Source: Balanoglossus misakiensis
Lineage: Eukaryota; Animalia; Hemichordata
Assembly (NCBI GenBank): GCA_040954595.2
Contig: CM082579.2
Span: 13,269,834-13,333,833 of the forward strand
DNA length: 64,000 nt
Direction: 5' to 3'
The notes below the pieces were generated by a model. That model had not been told where the DNA came from. It did no database searches and saw only the letters and a list, made by a program, of their open reading frames with translations. A program made the position numbers and the translations under genes. Shown piece by piece: positions 15,001-29,080 of the stretch. Within the stretch, counting starts at the first letter, position 1. Each line of letters opens with the position of its first letter.

Positions 15001-18000
15001 AATTGGCAGGATACTGTCCACTCTGGTCTGGTTACTGTCTGGCCTGGTTAATGTTGACACAAAGGTTGACCCCACCAAACACTCAAAATTAATGGGCAGG
15101 ATACTGTCCACTCTGGCCTTGTTACTGTCTGGCCTGGTTAATGTTGACGCAAAGGTTGACACCACCAAACACTCGAAATTAATGGGCAGGATACTGTCCA
15201 CTCTGGCCTTGTTACTGTCTGGCCTGGTTAATGTTGACGCAAAGGTTGCCCCAACCAAACACTCGAAATTAATGGGCAGGATACTGTCCACTCTGGCCTG
15301 GTTACTGTCTGGCCTGGTTAATGTTGACGCAAAGGTTGACCCCACCAAACACTTGAAATTCATGGGCAGAATACTGTCCACTCTGGCCAGGATACTGTCT
15401 GGCCTGGTTAATGTTGACGCAGGGGTTGACCCCACCAAACACTCGAAATTCATGGGCAGGATACTGTCCACTCTGGCCTGGTTACTGTCTGGCCTGGTTA
15501 ATGTTGACGCAAAGGTTGACCCCACCAAACACTCGAAATTAATGGGCAGGATACTGTCCACTCTGGCCTTGTTACTGTCTGGCCTGGTTAAAGTTGGCGC
15601 AAAGGTTGACCCCACCAAACACTCGAAATTCATGGGCAGAATACTGTCCACTCTGGCCAGGATACTGTCTGGCCTGGTTAATGTTGACGCAAAGGTTGAC
15701 CCCACCAGACACTCAAAATTAATAGACAGGATACTGTCCACTCTGGCCAGGATACTGTCTGCCCTGGTTAATGTTGACACTCAAAATTAATGGACAGGAT
15801 ACTGTCCACTCTGGCCAGGATACTGTCTGGCCTGGTTAATGTTGACGCAAAGGTTGACCCCACCAGACACTCAAAATTAATGGACAGGATACTGTCCACT
15901 CTGGTCAGGATACTGTCTGGCCTGGTTAATGTTGACGCAAAGTTTGACCACACGAGACACTCAAAATTAATGGACAGGATACTGTCCACTCTGGCCTGGT
16001 TACTGTCTGGCCTGGTTAATGTTGATGCAACGGTTGACCCCACCAGACACTCGAAATTAATGGGCAGAATACTGTCCACTCTGGTCTGGTTACTGTCTGG
16101 CCTGGTTAATGTTGACGCAAAGGTTGACCCGACCAAACACTCAAAATTAATGGGCAGGATACTGTCCACTCTGGCCTTGTTACTGTCTGGCCTGGTTAAT
16201 GTTGACACAAAGGTTGACCCCACCAAACACTCGAAATTAATGGGAGGGATACTGTCCACTCTGGCCTTGTTACTGTCTGGCCTGGTTAATGTTGACGCAA
16301 AGGTTGACCCAACCAAACACTTGAAATTAATGGGCAGGATACTGTCCACTCTGGCCTTGTTACTGTCTGGCCTGGTTAATGTTGACGCAAAGGTTGACCC
16401 CACCAAACACTTGAAATTCATGGGCAGAATACTGTCCACTCTGGCCAGGATACTGTCTTGCCTGGTTAATGTTGACGCAAAGGTTGACCCCACCAAATAC
16501 TCGAAATTAATGGGCAGATTACTGTCCACTCTGGCCAGGATACTGTCAGGCCTGGTTAAGGTTGACGCAAAGGTTGACCCCACCAAACACGCGAAATTCA
16601 TGGGCAGGATACTGTCCACTCTGGCCGGGTTACTGTCTGGCCTGGTTAATGTTGACGCAAAGGTTGACCCCACCAAACACTCGAAATTAATGGGCAGGAT
16701 ACTGTCCACTCTGGCCTTGTTACTGTCTGTCCTGGTTAATGTTGACGCAAAGGTTGACCCCACCAAACACTCGAAATTCATGGGCAGAATACTGTCCACT
16801 CTGGCCAGGATACTGTCTGGCCTGGTTAATGTTGACGCAAAGGTTGACCCCACCAGACACTCAAAAGTAATAGACAGGATACTGTCCACTCTGGCCAGGA
16901 TACTCTCTGGCCTGGTTAATGTTGACACTCAAAATTAATGGACAGGATACTGTCCACTCTGGCCAGGATACTGTCTGGCCTGGTTAATGTTGACGCAAAG
17001 GTTGACCCCACCAGACACTCAAAATTAATGGACAGGATACTGTCCACTCTGGTCAGGATACTGTCTGGCCTGGTTAATGTTGACGCACAGGTTGACCCCA
17101 CCAGACACTCAATATTAATGGGCAGAATACTGTCCACTCTGGCCAGGATACTGTCTGGTCTGGTTAATGTTGACGCAAAGGTTGACCCCACCAAACACTC
17201 GAAATTAACGGGCAGAATACTGTCCACTCTGGCCAGGATACTGTCTGGCCTGGTTAATGTTGACGCAAAGGTTGACCCCACCAGACACTCAAAATTAATG
17301 GACAGGATACTGTCCACTCTGGTCAGGATACTGTCTGGCCTGGTTAATGTTGACGCACAGGTTGACCCCACCAGACACTCAAAATTAATGGGCAGAATAC
17401 TGTCCACTCTGGCCAGGATACTGTCTGGTCTGGTTAATGTTGACGCAAAGGTTGAGCCCACCAAACACTCGAAATTAATGGGAGGGATACTGTCCACTCT
17501 GGCCTTGTTACTGTCTGGCCTGGTTAATGTTGACGCAAAGGTTGACCCAACCAAACACTTGAAATTAATGGGCAGGATACTGTCCACTCTGGCCTTGTTA
17601 CTGTCTGGCCTGGTTAATGTTGACGCAAAGGTTGACCCCACCAAACACTTGAAATTCATGGGCAGAATACTGTCCACTCTGGCAAGGATACTGTCTTGCC
17701 TGGTTAATGTTGACGCAAAGGTTGACCCCACCAAATACTCGAAATTAATGGGCAGAATACTGTCCACTCTGGCCAGGATACTGTCAGGCCTGGTTAAGGT
17801 TGACGCAAAGGTTGACCCCACCAAACACTCGAAATTCATGGGCAGGATACTGTCCACTCTGGCCGGGTTACTGTCTGGCCTGGTTAATGTTGACGCAAAG
17901 GTTGACCCCACCAAACACTCGAAATTAATGGGCAGGATACTGTCCACTCTGGCCTTGTTACTGTCTGGCCTGGTTAATGTTGACGCAAAGGTTGACCCCA

Positions 18001-21000
18001 CCAAACACTCGAAATTCATGGGCAGAATACTGTCCACTCTGGCCAGGATACTGTCTGGCCTGGTTAATGTTGACGCAAAGGTTGACCCCACCAGACACTC
18101 AAAATTAATAGACAGGATACTGTCCACTCTGGCCAGGATACTCTCTGGCCTGGTTAATGTTGACACTCAAAATTAATGGACAGGATACTGTCCACTCTGG
18201 CCAGGATACTGTCTGGCCTGGTTAATGTTGACGCAAAGGTTGACCCCACCAGACACTCAAAATTAATGGACAGGATACTGTCCACTCTGGTCAGGATACT
18301 GTCTGGCCTGGTTAATGTTGACGCACAGGTTGACCCCACCAGACACTCAAAATTAATGGGCAGAATACTGTCCACTCTGGCCAGGATACTGTCTGGTCTG
18401 GTTAATGTTGACGCAAAGGTTGACCCCACCAAACACTCGAAATTAACGGGCAGAATACTGTCCACTCTGGCCTGGTTACTGTCTGGTCTGGTTAATGTTG
18501 ACACAAGGTTGACCCCACCAGACACTCAAAATTAATGGACAGGATACTGTCCACTCTGGCCAGGATACTGTCTGGTCTGGTTAATGTTGACGCAAAGGTT
18601 GAGCCCACCAAACACTCGAAATTAATGGGCAGAATACTGTCCACTCTGGCCAGGATACTGTCTGGTCTGGTTAATGTTGACGCAAGGTTGACCCCACCAG
18701 ACACTCAAAATTAATGGACAGGATACTGTCCACTCTGGCCAGGATACTATCTGGTCTGGTTAATGTTGACGCAAAGGTTGAGCCCACCAGACACTCGAAA
18801 TTCATGGGCAGGATACTGTCCACTCTGGCCGGGTTACTGTCTGGCCTGGTTAATGTTGACGCAAAGGTTGACCCCACCAAACACTCGAAATTAATGGGCA
18901 GGATACTGTCCACTCTGGCCTTGTTACTGTCTGGCCTGGTTAATGTTGACGCAAAGGTTGACCCCACCAAACACTCGAAATTCATGGGCAGAATACTGTC
19001 CACTCTGGCCAGGATACTGTCTGGCCTGGTTAATGTTGACGCACAGGTTGACCCCACCAGACACTCAAAATTAATGGGCAGAATACTGTCCACTCTGGCC
19101 AGGATACTGTCTGGTCTGGTTAATGTTGACGCAAAGGTTGACCCCACCAAACACTCGAAATTAACGGGCAGAATACTGTCCACTCTGGCCTTGTTACTGT
19201 CTGGCCTGGTTAATGTTGACGCAAAGGTTGACCCAACCAAACACTCGAAATTAATGGGCAGGATACTGTCCACTCTGGCCTTGTTACTGTCTGGCCTGGT
19301 TAATGTTGACGCAAAGGTTGACCCCACCAAACACTTGAAATTCATGGGCAGAATACTGTCCACTCTGGCCAGGATACTGTCTTGCCTGGTTAATGTTGAC
19401 GCAAAGGTTGACCCCACCAAATACTCGCAATTAATGGGCAGAATACTGTCCACTCTGGCCAGGATACTGTCAGGCCTGGTTAAGGTTGACGCAAAGGTTG
19501 ACCCCACCAAACACTCGAATATCATGGGCAGGATACTGTCCACTCTGGCCGGGTTACTGTCTGGCCTGGTTAATGTTGACGCAAAGGTTGACCCCACCAA
19601 ACACTCGAAATTAATGGGCAGGATACTGTCCACTCTGGCCTTTTTACTGTCTGGCCTGGTTAATGTTGACGCAAAGGTTGACCCCACCAAACACTCGAAA
19701 TTCATGGGCAGAATACTGTCCACTCTGGCCAGGATACTGTCTGGCCTGGTTAATGTTGACGCAAAGGTTGACCCCACCAGACACTCAAAATTAATAGACA
19801 GGATACTGTCCACTCTGGCCAGGATACTCTCTGGCCTGGTTAATGTTGACACTCAAAATTAATGGACAGGATACTGTCCACTCTGGCCAGGATACTGTCT
19901 GGCCTGGTTAATGTTGACGCAAAGGTTGACCCCACCAGACACTCAAAATTAATGGACAGGATACTGTCCACTCTGGTCAGGATACTGTCTGGCCTGGTTA
20001 ATGTTGACGCACAGGTTGACCCCACCAGACACTCAAAATTAATGGGCAGAATACTGTCCACTCTGGCCAGGATACTGTCTGGTCTGGTTAATGTTGACGC
20101 AAAGGTTGACCCCACCAAACACTCGAAATTAACGGGCAGAATACTGTCCACTCTGGCCTGGTTACTGTCTGGTCTGGTTAATGTTGACACAAGGTTGACC
20201 CTACCAGACACTCAAAATTAATGGACAGGATACTGTCCACTCTAGCCAGGATACTGTCTGGTCTGGTTAATGTTGACGCAAAGGTTGAGCCCACCAAACA
20301 CTCGAAATTAATGGGCAGAATACTGTCCACTCTGGCCAGAATACTGTCTCGTCTGGTTAATGTTGACGCAAGGTTGACCCCACCAGACACTCAAAATTAA
20401 TGGACAGGATACTGTCCACTCTGGCCAGGATACTGTCTGGTCTGGTTAATGTTGACGCAAAGGTTGAGCCCACCAGACACTCAAAATTAATGGGCAGGAT
20501 ACTGTCCACTCTGGCCAGGATACTGTCTGGTCTGGTTAATGTTGACGCAAGGTTGACCCCACCAGACACTCAAAATTAATGGACAGGATACTGTCCACTC
20601 TGGCCAGGATACTGTCTGGTCTGGTTAATGTTGACGCAAAGGTTGAGCCCACCAGACACTCAAAATTAATGGACAGGATACTGTCCACTCTGGCCAGGAT
20701 ACTGTCTGGTCTGGTTAATGTTGACGCAAAGGTTGAGCCCACCAGACACTCAAAATTAATGGGCAGAATACTGTCCACTCTGGCCAGGATACTGTCTGGT
20801 CTGGTTAATGTTGACGCAAGGTTGACCCCACCAGACACTCAAAATTAATGGGCAGGATACTGTCCACTCTGGCCAGGATACTGTCTGGTCTGGTTAATGT
20901 TGACGCAAGGTTGACCCCACCAGACACTCAAAATTAATGGACAGGATACTGTCCACTCTGGCCAGGATACTGTCTGGTCTGGTTAATGTTGACGCAAAGG

Positions 21001-24000
21001 TTGAGCCCACCAAATACTCGAAATTAATGGGCAGAATACTGTCCACTCTGGCCAGGATACTGTCTGGTCTGGTTAATGTTGACGCAAGGTTGACCCCACC
21101 AGACACCCAAAATTAATGGGCAGGATACTGTCCACTCTGGCTAGGATACTGTCTGGTCTGGTTAATGTTGACGCAAAGGTTGAGCCCACCAAATACTCGA
21201 AATTAATGGGCAGAATACTGTCCACTCTGGCCAGGATACTGTCTGGTCTGGTTAATGTTGACGCAAAGGTTGAGCCCACCAGACACTCAAAATTAATGGG
21301 CAGAATACTGTCCACTCTGGCCAGGATACTGTCTGGTCTGGTTAATGTTGACGCAAGGTTGACCCCACCAGACACTCAAAATTAATGGGCAGGATACTGT
21401 CCACTCTGGCCAGGATACTGTCTGGTCTGGTTAATGTTGACGCAAGGTTGACCCCACCAGACACTCAAAATTAATGGACAGGATACTGTCCACTCTGGCC
21501 AGGATACTGTCTGGTCTGGTTAATGTTGACGCAAAGGTTGAGCCCACCAAATACTCGAAATTAATGGGCAGAATACTGTCCACTCTGGCCAGGATACTGT
21601 CTGGTCTGGTTAATGTTGACGCAAGGTTGACCCCACCAGACACTCAAAATTAATGGGCAGGATACTGTCCACTCTGGCTAGGATACTGTCTGGTCTGGTT
21701 AATGTTGACGCAAAGGTTGAGCCCACCAAATACTCGAAATTAATGGGCAGAATACTGTCCACTCTGGCCAGGATACTGTCTGGTCTGGTTAATGTTGACG
21801 CAAGGTTGACCCCACCAGACACTCAAAATTAATGGGCAGGATACTGTCCACTCTGGCTAGGATACTGTCTGGTCTGGTTAATGTTGACGCAAAGGTTGAC
21901 CGCACCAAACACTCGAAATTAATGGGCAGAATACTGTCCACTCTGGCCAGGATACTGTCTGGTCTGATTAATGTTGATGCAAAGGTTGACCCCACCAAAC
22001 ACTCAAAATTAATGGACAGAATAATGTCCACTCTGGTCTGGTTACTGTCTGGCCTGGTTAATGTTGACGCAAAGGTTGACCCCACCAAACACTCGAAATT
22101 AATGGGCAGAATACTGTCCACTCTGGCCTGGTTACTGTCTGGCCTGGTTAATGTTGACGCAAAGGTTGACCCCACCAAACACTCAAAATTAATTGGCAGG
22201 ATACTGTCCACTCTGGCCTTGTTACTGTCTGGCCTGGTTAATGTTGACGCAAAGGTTGACCCAACCAAACACTCGAAATTAATGGGCAGGATACTGTCCA
22301 CTCTGGAATTGTAACTGTCTGGCCTGGTTAATGTTGACGCAAAGGTTGACCCAACCAAACACTCGAAAGTCATGGGCAGGATACTGTCCACTCTGGCCTG
22401 GTTACTGTCTGGCCTGGTTAATGTTGACGCAAAGGTTGACCCCACCAAACACTCGAAATTAATGGGCAGGATACTGTCCACTCTGGCCTTGTTACTGTCT
22501 GGCCTGGTTAATGTTGACGCAAAGGTTGACCCCACCAAACACTTGAAATTCATGGGCAGAATACTGTCCACTCTGGCCGGATACTGCCTGGCCTGGTTAA
22601 TGTTGACGCAAAGGTTGACCCCACCAAACACTTGAAATTAATGGGCAGAATACTGTCCACTCTCCGCCTGGTTACTTTCAGGCCTGGTTAATGTTGACGC
22701 AAAGGTTGACCCCACCAAACACTCGAAATTCATGGGCAGGATACTGTCCACTCTGGCCTGGTTACTGTCTGGCCTGGTTAATGTTGACGCAAAGGTTGAC
22801 CCCACCAAACACTCGAAATTAATGGGCAGGATACTGTCCACTCTGGCCTTGTTACTGTCTGGCCTGGTTAATGTTGACGCAAAGGTTGACCCCACCAAAC
22901 ACTCGAAATTCATGGGCAGAATACTGTCCACTCTGGCCAGGATACTGTCTGGCCTGGTTAATGTTGACGCAAAGGTTGACCCCACCAAACACTTGAAATT
23001 CATGGGCAGAATACTGTCCACTCTCCGCCTGGTTACTGTCTGGCCTGGTTAATGTTGACGCAACGGTTGACCCCACCAAACACTCGAAATAAATGGGCAG
23101 AATACTGTCCACTCTCCGCCTGGTTACTTTCAGGCCTGGTTAATGTTGACGCAAAGGTTGACCCAACCAAACACTCGAAATTAATGTGCAGGATACTGTC
23201 CACTCTGGCCTTGTTACTGTCTGGCCTGGTTAATGTTGACGCAACGGTTGACCCCACCAAACACTCGAAATTAATGGGCAGAATACTGTCCACTCTCAGC
23301 CTGGTTACTGTCTGGCCTGGTTAATGTTGACGCAAAGGTTGACCCAACCAAACACTTGAAATTCATGGGCAGAATACTGTCCACTCTCCGCCTGGTTACT
23401 TTCAGGCCTGGTTAATGTTGACGCAAAGGTTGACCCCACCAAACACTCGAAATTCATGGGCAGGATACTGTCCACTCTGGCCTGGTTACTGTCTGGCCTG
23501 GTTAATGTTGACGCAAAGGTTGACCCCACCAAATTAATGGGCAGAATACTGTCCAATTTCCGCCTGGTTACTGTCTGGCCTGGTTAATGTTGACGCAAAG
23601 GTTGACCCCACCAAACACTCGAAATTAATGGGCAGGATACTGTCCACTCTGGCCTTGTTACTGTCTGGCCTGGTTAATGTTGACGCAACGGTTGACCCCA
23701 CCAAACACTCGAAATTAATGGGCAGAATTCTGTCCAATCTCCGCCTGGTTACTGTCTGGCCTGGTTAATGTTGACGCAAAGGTTGACCCCACCAAACACT
23801 CGAAATTAATGGGCAGGATACTGTCCACTCTGGCCTTGTTACTGTCTGGCCTGGTTAATGTTGACGCAAAGGTTGACCCCACCAAACACTTTAAATTCAT
23901 GGGCAGAATACTGTCCACTCTCCGCCTGGTTACTTCCAGGCCTGGTTAATGTTGACGCAAAGGTTGACCCCACCAAACACTCGAAATTAATGGGCTGAAT

Positions 24001-24531
24001 ACTGTCCAATCTCCGCCTGGTTACTGTCTGGCCTGGTTAATGTTGACACAACGGTTGACCCCACCAAACACTCGAAATTAAGGGGTAATCTCCGCCTGGT
24101 TACTGTCTGGCCTGGTTAATGTTGACGCAAAGGTTGACCCCACCAAACACTCGAAATTAATGGGCAGGATACTGTCCACTCTGGCCTTGTTACTGTCTGG
24201 CCTGGTTAATGTTGACGCAAAGGTTGACCCCACCAAACACTTGAAATTCATGGGCAGAATACTGTCCACTCTCCGCCTGGTTACTTCCAGGCCTGGTTAA
24301 TGTTGACGCAAAGGTTGACCCAACCAAACACTCGAAATTAATAGGCAGAATACTGTCCAATCTCCGCCTGGTTACTGTCTGGCCTGGTTAATGTTGACGC
24401 AACGGTTGACCCCACCAAACACTCGAAATTAATGGGCAGAATACTGTCCACTCTCTGCCTGGTTACTTTCAGGCCGGGTTAATGTTGACGCAAAGGTTGA
24501 CCCAACCAAACACTCGAAATTAATGGGCAGG
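1..24531. repeat. 90-bp tandem satellite array (~270 monomers; runs off the left edge of the window)
   Basis: Consensus TACTGTCTGGCCTGGTTAATGTTGACGCAAAGGTTGACCCCACCAAACACTCGAAATTAATGGGCAGGATACTGTCCACTCTGGCCTGGT repeats at a 90-bp period. There are occasional 68-, 89- and 91-bp variants. The 30-aa periodic ORFs on both strands reflect this repeat. Confidence 0.99.
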
Positions 24532-26230
24532 ATATTTGTGGAATTGTTGCCTTGTCAGGATACATAGGTTGACCCACCAAACACTCAAAATTAATGGACA
24601 GCATACTGTCCACTCTGGCCTGGTTACTGTGTGTTCTGGTTAATGTTGACGCACAGGTTGTCCCCACCAAACACTCAAAATTAATGGGCAACATACTGTC
24701 CACTGTGGCCTGGTTACTGTGTGCTCTGGTTAATGTTGACGCAAAGGTTGACCCCACCAAACACTCAAAACCAGATATTAACTGAATATGCTCACGTGCA
24801 GTACTGTGATTGGTTGACAGAATAACAAGATAAGAAAAACCAGTGTTAAACCATGTTGGTTTATAGTGTATATGGTGTAAGGGTTGTGTGTTGCACCATT
24901 GTGAAATGTAAACATATTTGTGGAATTGTTGCCTTGTCAATTTTTGTAAGGGGTTATGGACGATGTCAAATAACAAAAAATAAGTTTAGCTTGAAACCCC
25001 TGCACTCCCCCTTGTAACCTAATTGTTGAATACTGATCAGTGCCTCTCATTATTTCATTATTGTGACAACTCCATATTTAAACCATAACCAGGATAGAAA
25101 AGTACACTATCACACATATTGATATTTCGACAATATTTGAATGAAAACATTTCTTTTCAATTCTGAGTTTACATCAGGTCTTGATTGATTTTTCTGCTTA
25201 TAGAATAAGAATATGCAATGTAAAGAATTCTCGACTTACTCAACTATTTTGTTCGATGGAACACTTTTTTGGGTCAAAACCCCCACCCCCTAAACTTCAA
25301 GAAGTTAGATTTTTATCAGACCTGAATCCTTTGACATCGTCCCTTAACTTGGCAAGGGGTACTGGAAATTGAGGTGGTTGTGATGCAACAGGTGTGCCCT
25401 CGTGTGTTAATAGAAGAGAGGATGAAGTCAGAGGGCTAACCATTGCTGTTGAGGGCACTCTTACATATTCGAGGTTGCAGGTTGAGCTTTGTATCGTTTG
25501 CATTTTAAATAAAATGTGTAGAGCTATGGATGAGATCCAATATCCAACATGGAATAGTAAAAAAGGAGTCTTATACCAGTTCCTGAACAAAAAAAATTAA
25601 CGTCAGATTTGTTTTCTTGATAAAATTTCACTACAGATTGATACGAAATGTGAGAAAAATTGTCCTCTGCTTTCATTATGGTCTTGCATCATACCCAGGG
25701 TTAGTGTAGGTCATTCAAGTTTAATGAGAAAATTTCCTAAAACACCAATTTGAGGTTTCGTAACACATAACACCCATAGGGACTTTAATACCAAATTTCA
25801 GACACAGCAGACAAATACTTTTAGAGAAGTTTTATTGATCAGAACTAACAATTTCCCCAAATAGGGATAAAACACCAAAAAATAGAAAACTAAAGATCTC
25901 TTCACAACAGGTGGTCTACTCAAGGTACTGCATACCAATTTTCAAAGCAATCCGAACAGCAGTTCTGGAGTCAATTTTCCACATTTGAGCTTAGTATAAT
26001 TTGGGCAATGTCACCTTCATTTGAATGAAACTACAGCAGTTCTCAAGGTTTTTTGCAATATATCGATGCTGAATTGTGCTATAAACCTGCATTGGTATGT
26101 GTACCAAAACAGATGTAGAAAATATCGCTGTTCTACACTAGTGGTTGTAATAATTCAAACATCTGGTAAGAAAATGAATGTGTCCTACATTGGCAACAGA
26201 ATCAGATATCTGGTAGGTAAAAGCTCACAT

Positions 26231-27620
26231 TAATGTTGACACACAGAATGACCCTACTAAACATTCAAAATTAATGGGTAGCATACTGTCCACTCTTGCC
26301 TGGTTAGTGTGTGCTCTGGTTAATGTTGACACAAAGGTTGACCCCACCAAATACTAAAAATTAATGGGCAGCATACTGTCCACTCTGGCCTGGTTACTGT
26401 GTGCTCTGGTTAATGTTAACGGAAAGGTTGACCCCACCAAACATTCACAATTAATGGGCAGCATACTGTCCACTCTGGCCTGGTTACTGTGTGCTCTGGT
26501 TAATGTTGACGCAAAGGTTGACCCCACCAAACACTCAAAATTAATGGGCAGCATACTGTCCACTCTGGCCTGGTTACTGTCTGGCCTGGTTAATGTTGAC
26601 GCAAAGGTTGACCCCACCAAACACTCAAAATTAATGGGCAGCATACTGTCCACTCTGGCCTGGTTACTGTGTGCTCTGGTTAATGTTGACACACAGAATG
26701 ACCCTACTAAACATTCAAAATTAATGGGCAGAATACTGTCCACTCTGGCCTGGTTACTGTGTGCTCTGGTTAATGTTGACGCACAGGTTAACCCCACCAA
26801 ACACTCAAAATTAATGGGCAGAATACTGTCCACTCTGGCCTGGTTATTGTGTGCTGTGGTTAATGTTGACAAACAGGTTGACCCCACTAAACACTCAAAA
26901 TAAATTGGCAGCATACTGTCCACTCTTGCCTGGTTACTGTGTGCCCTGGATAATGTTGACGCAAAGGTTGACCCCACTAAACACTCAAAATTAATGGGCA
27001 GAATACTGTACACTCTGGCCTGGTTAATGTGTGCTCTGGTTAATGTTGACGCAAAGGTTGACCCCTACCAAACACTCAAAATTAATGGGCAGTATACTGT
27101 CCACTCTGACCTTGTTACTGTGTGCTCTGGTTAATGTTGACGAAAAGGTTGACCCCACCAAACACCCAAAATTAATGGGCAGCATACTGTCCACTCTGGC
27201 CTGGTTACTGTGTGCCCTGGTTAATGTTGACGCATAGGTTGACCCACCAAACACTCAAAATTAATGGACAGCATACTGTACACTCTGGCCTGGTTACTGT
27301 GTGCTCTGGTTAATGTTGACGCAAAGGTTGACCCCACCAAACACTCAAAATTAATGGGCAGCATACTGTCCACTCTGGCCTGGTTACTGTGTGCTCTGGT
27401 TAATGTTGACGCAAAGGTTGACCCCACCAAACACTCAAAATAAATGGGCAGCATACTGTCCACTCTTGCCTGGTTACTGTGTGCTCTGGTTAATGTTGAC
27501 GCACAGGTTGTCCCCACCAAACACTCAAAATTAATGGGCAACATACTGTCCACTGTGGCCTGGTTACTGTGTGCTCTGGTTAATGTTGACGCAAAGGTTG
27601 ACCCCACCAAACACTCAAAA
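26231..27620. repeat. Diverged subfamily of the 90-bp satellite inside the macro-repeat (first full block)
   Basis: About 15 monomers carry diagnostic GGGCAGCATACTG and TTACTGTGTGCTCTGGTT instead of GGGCAGGATACTG and TTACTGTCTGGCCTGGTT. Confidence 0.95.
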
Positions 27621-29080
27621 CCAGATATTAACTGAATATGCTCACGTGCAGTACTGTGATTGGTTGACAGAATAACAAGATAAGAAAAACCAGTGTTAAA
27701 CCATGTTGGTTTATAGTGTATATGGTGTAAGGGTTGTGTGTTGCACCATTGTGAAATGTAAACATATTTGTGGAATTGTTGCCTTGTCAATTTTTGTAAG
27801 GGGTTATGGACGATGTCAAATAACAAAAAATAAGTTTAGCTTGAAACCCCTGCACTCCCCCTTGTAACCTAATTGTTGAATACTGATCAGTGCCTCTCAT
27901 TATTTCATTATTGTGACAACTCCATATTTAAACCATAACCAGGATAGAAAAGTACACTATCACACATATTGATATTTCGACAATATTTGAATGAAAACAT
28001 TTCTTTTCAATTCTGAGTTTACATCAGGTCTTGATTGATTTTTCTGCTTATAGAATAAGAATATGCAATGTAAAGAATTCTCGACTTACTCAACTATTTT
28101 GTTCGATGGAACACTTTTTTGGGTCAAAACCCCCACCCCCTAAACTTCAAGAAGTTAGATTTTTATCAGACCTGAATCCTTTGACATCGTCCCTTAACTT
28201 GGCAAGGGGTACTGGAAATTGAGGTGGTTGTGATGCAACAGGTGTGCCCTCGTGTGTTAATAGAAGAGAGGATGAAGTCAGAGGGCTAACCATTGCTGTT
28301 GAGGGCACTCTTACATATTCGAGGTTGCAGGTTGAGCTTTGTATCGTTTGCATTTTAAATAAAATGTGTAGAGCTATGGATGAGATCCAATATCCAACAT
28401 GGAATAGTAAAAAAGGAGTCTTATACCAGTTCCTGAACAAAAAAAATTAACGTCAGATTTGTTTTCTTGATAAAATTTCACTACAGATTGATACGAAATG
28501 TGAGAAAAATTGTCCTCTGCTTTCATTATGGTCTTGCATCATACCCAGGGTTAGTGTAGGTCATTCAAGTTTAATGAGAAAATTTCCTAAAACACCAATT
28601 TGAGGTTTCGTAACACATAACACCCATAGGGACTTTAATACCAAATTTCAGACACAGCAGACAAATACTTTTAGAGAAGTTTTATTGATCAGAACTAACA
28701 ATTTCCCCAAATAGGGATAAAACACCAAAAAATAGAAAACTAAAGATCTCTTCACAACAGGTGGTCTACTCAAGGTACTGCATACCAATTTTCAAAGCAA
28801 TCCGAACAGCAGTTCTGGAGTCAATTTTCCACATTTGAGCTTAGTATAATTTGGGCAATGTCACCTTCATTTGAATGAAACTACAGCAGTTCTCAAGGTT
28901 TTTTGCAATATATCGATGCTGAATTGTGCTATAAACCTGCATTGGTATGTGTACCAAAACAGATGTAGAAAATATCGCTGTTCTACACTAGTGGTTGTAA
29001 TAATTCAAACATCTGGTAAGAAAATGAATGTGTCCTACATTGGCAACAGAATCAGATATCTGGTAGGTAAAAGCTCACAT

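Noticed and set aside
60-24269. Giant 30-aa-repeat ORFs as real CDS
   Set aside because: They are explained by a stop-free 90-bp monomer. Amplified stop codons and frameshifting monomers argue against coding constraint, so this is kept only as a low-interest finding.
25181-26233. Short ORFs in the 1.46-kb segment (repeated three times)
   Set aside because: They have no recognisable motifs, and their recurrence is due only to the 2,850-bp duplication.
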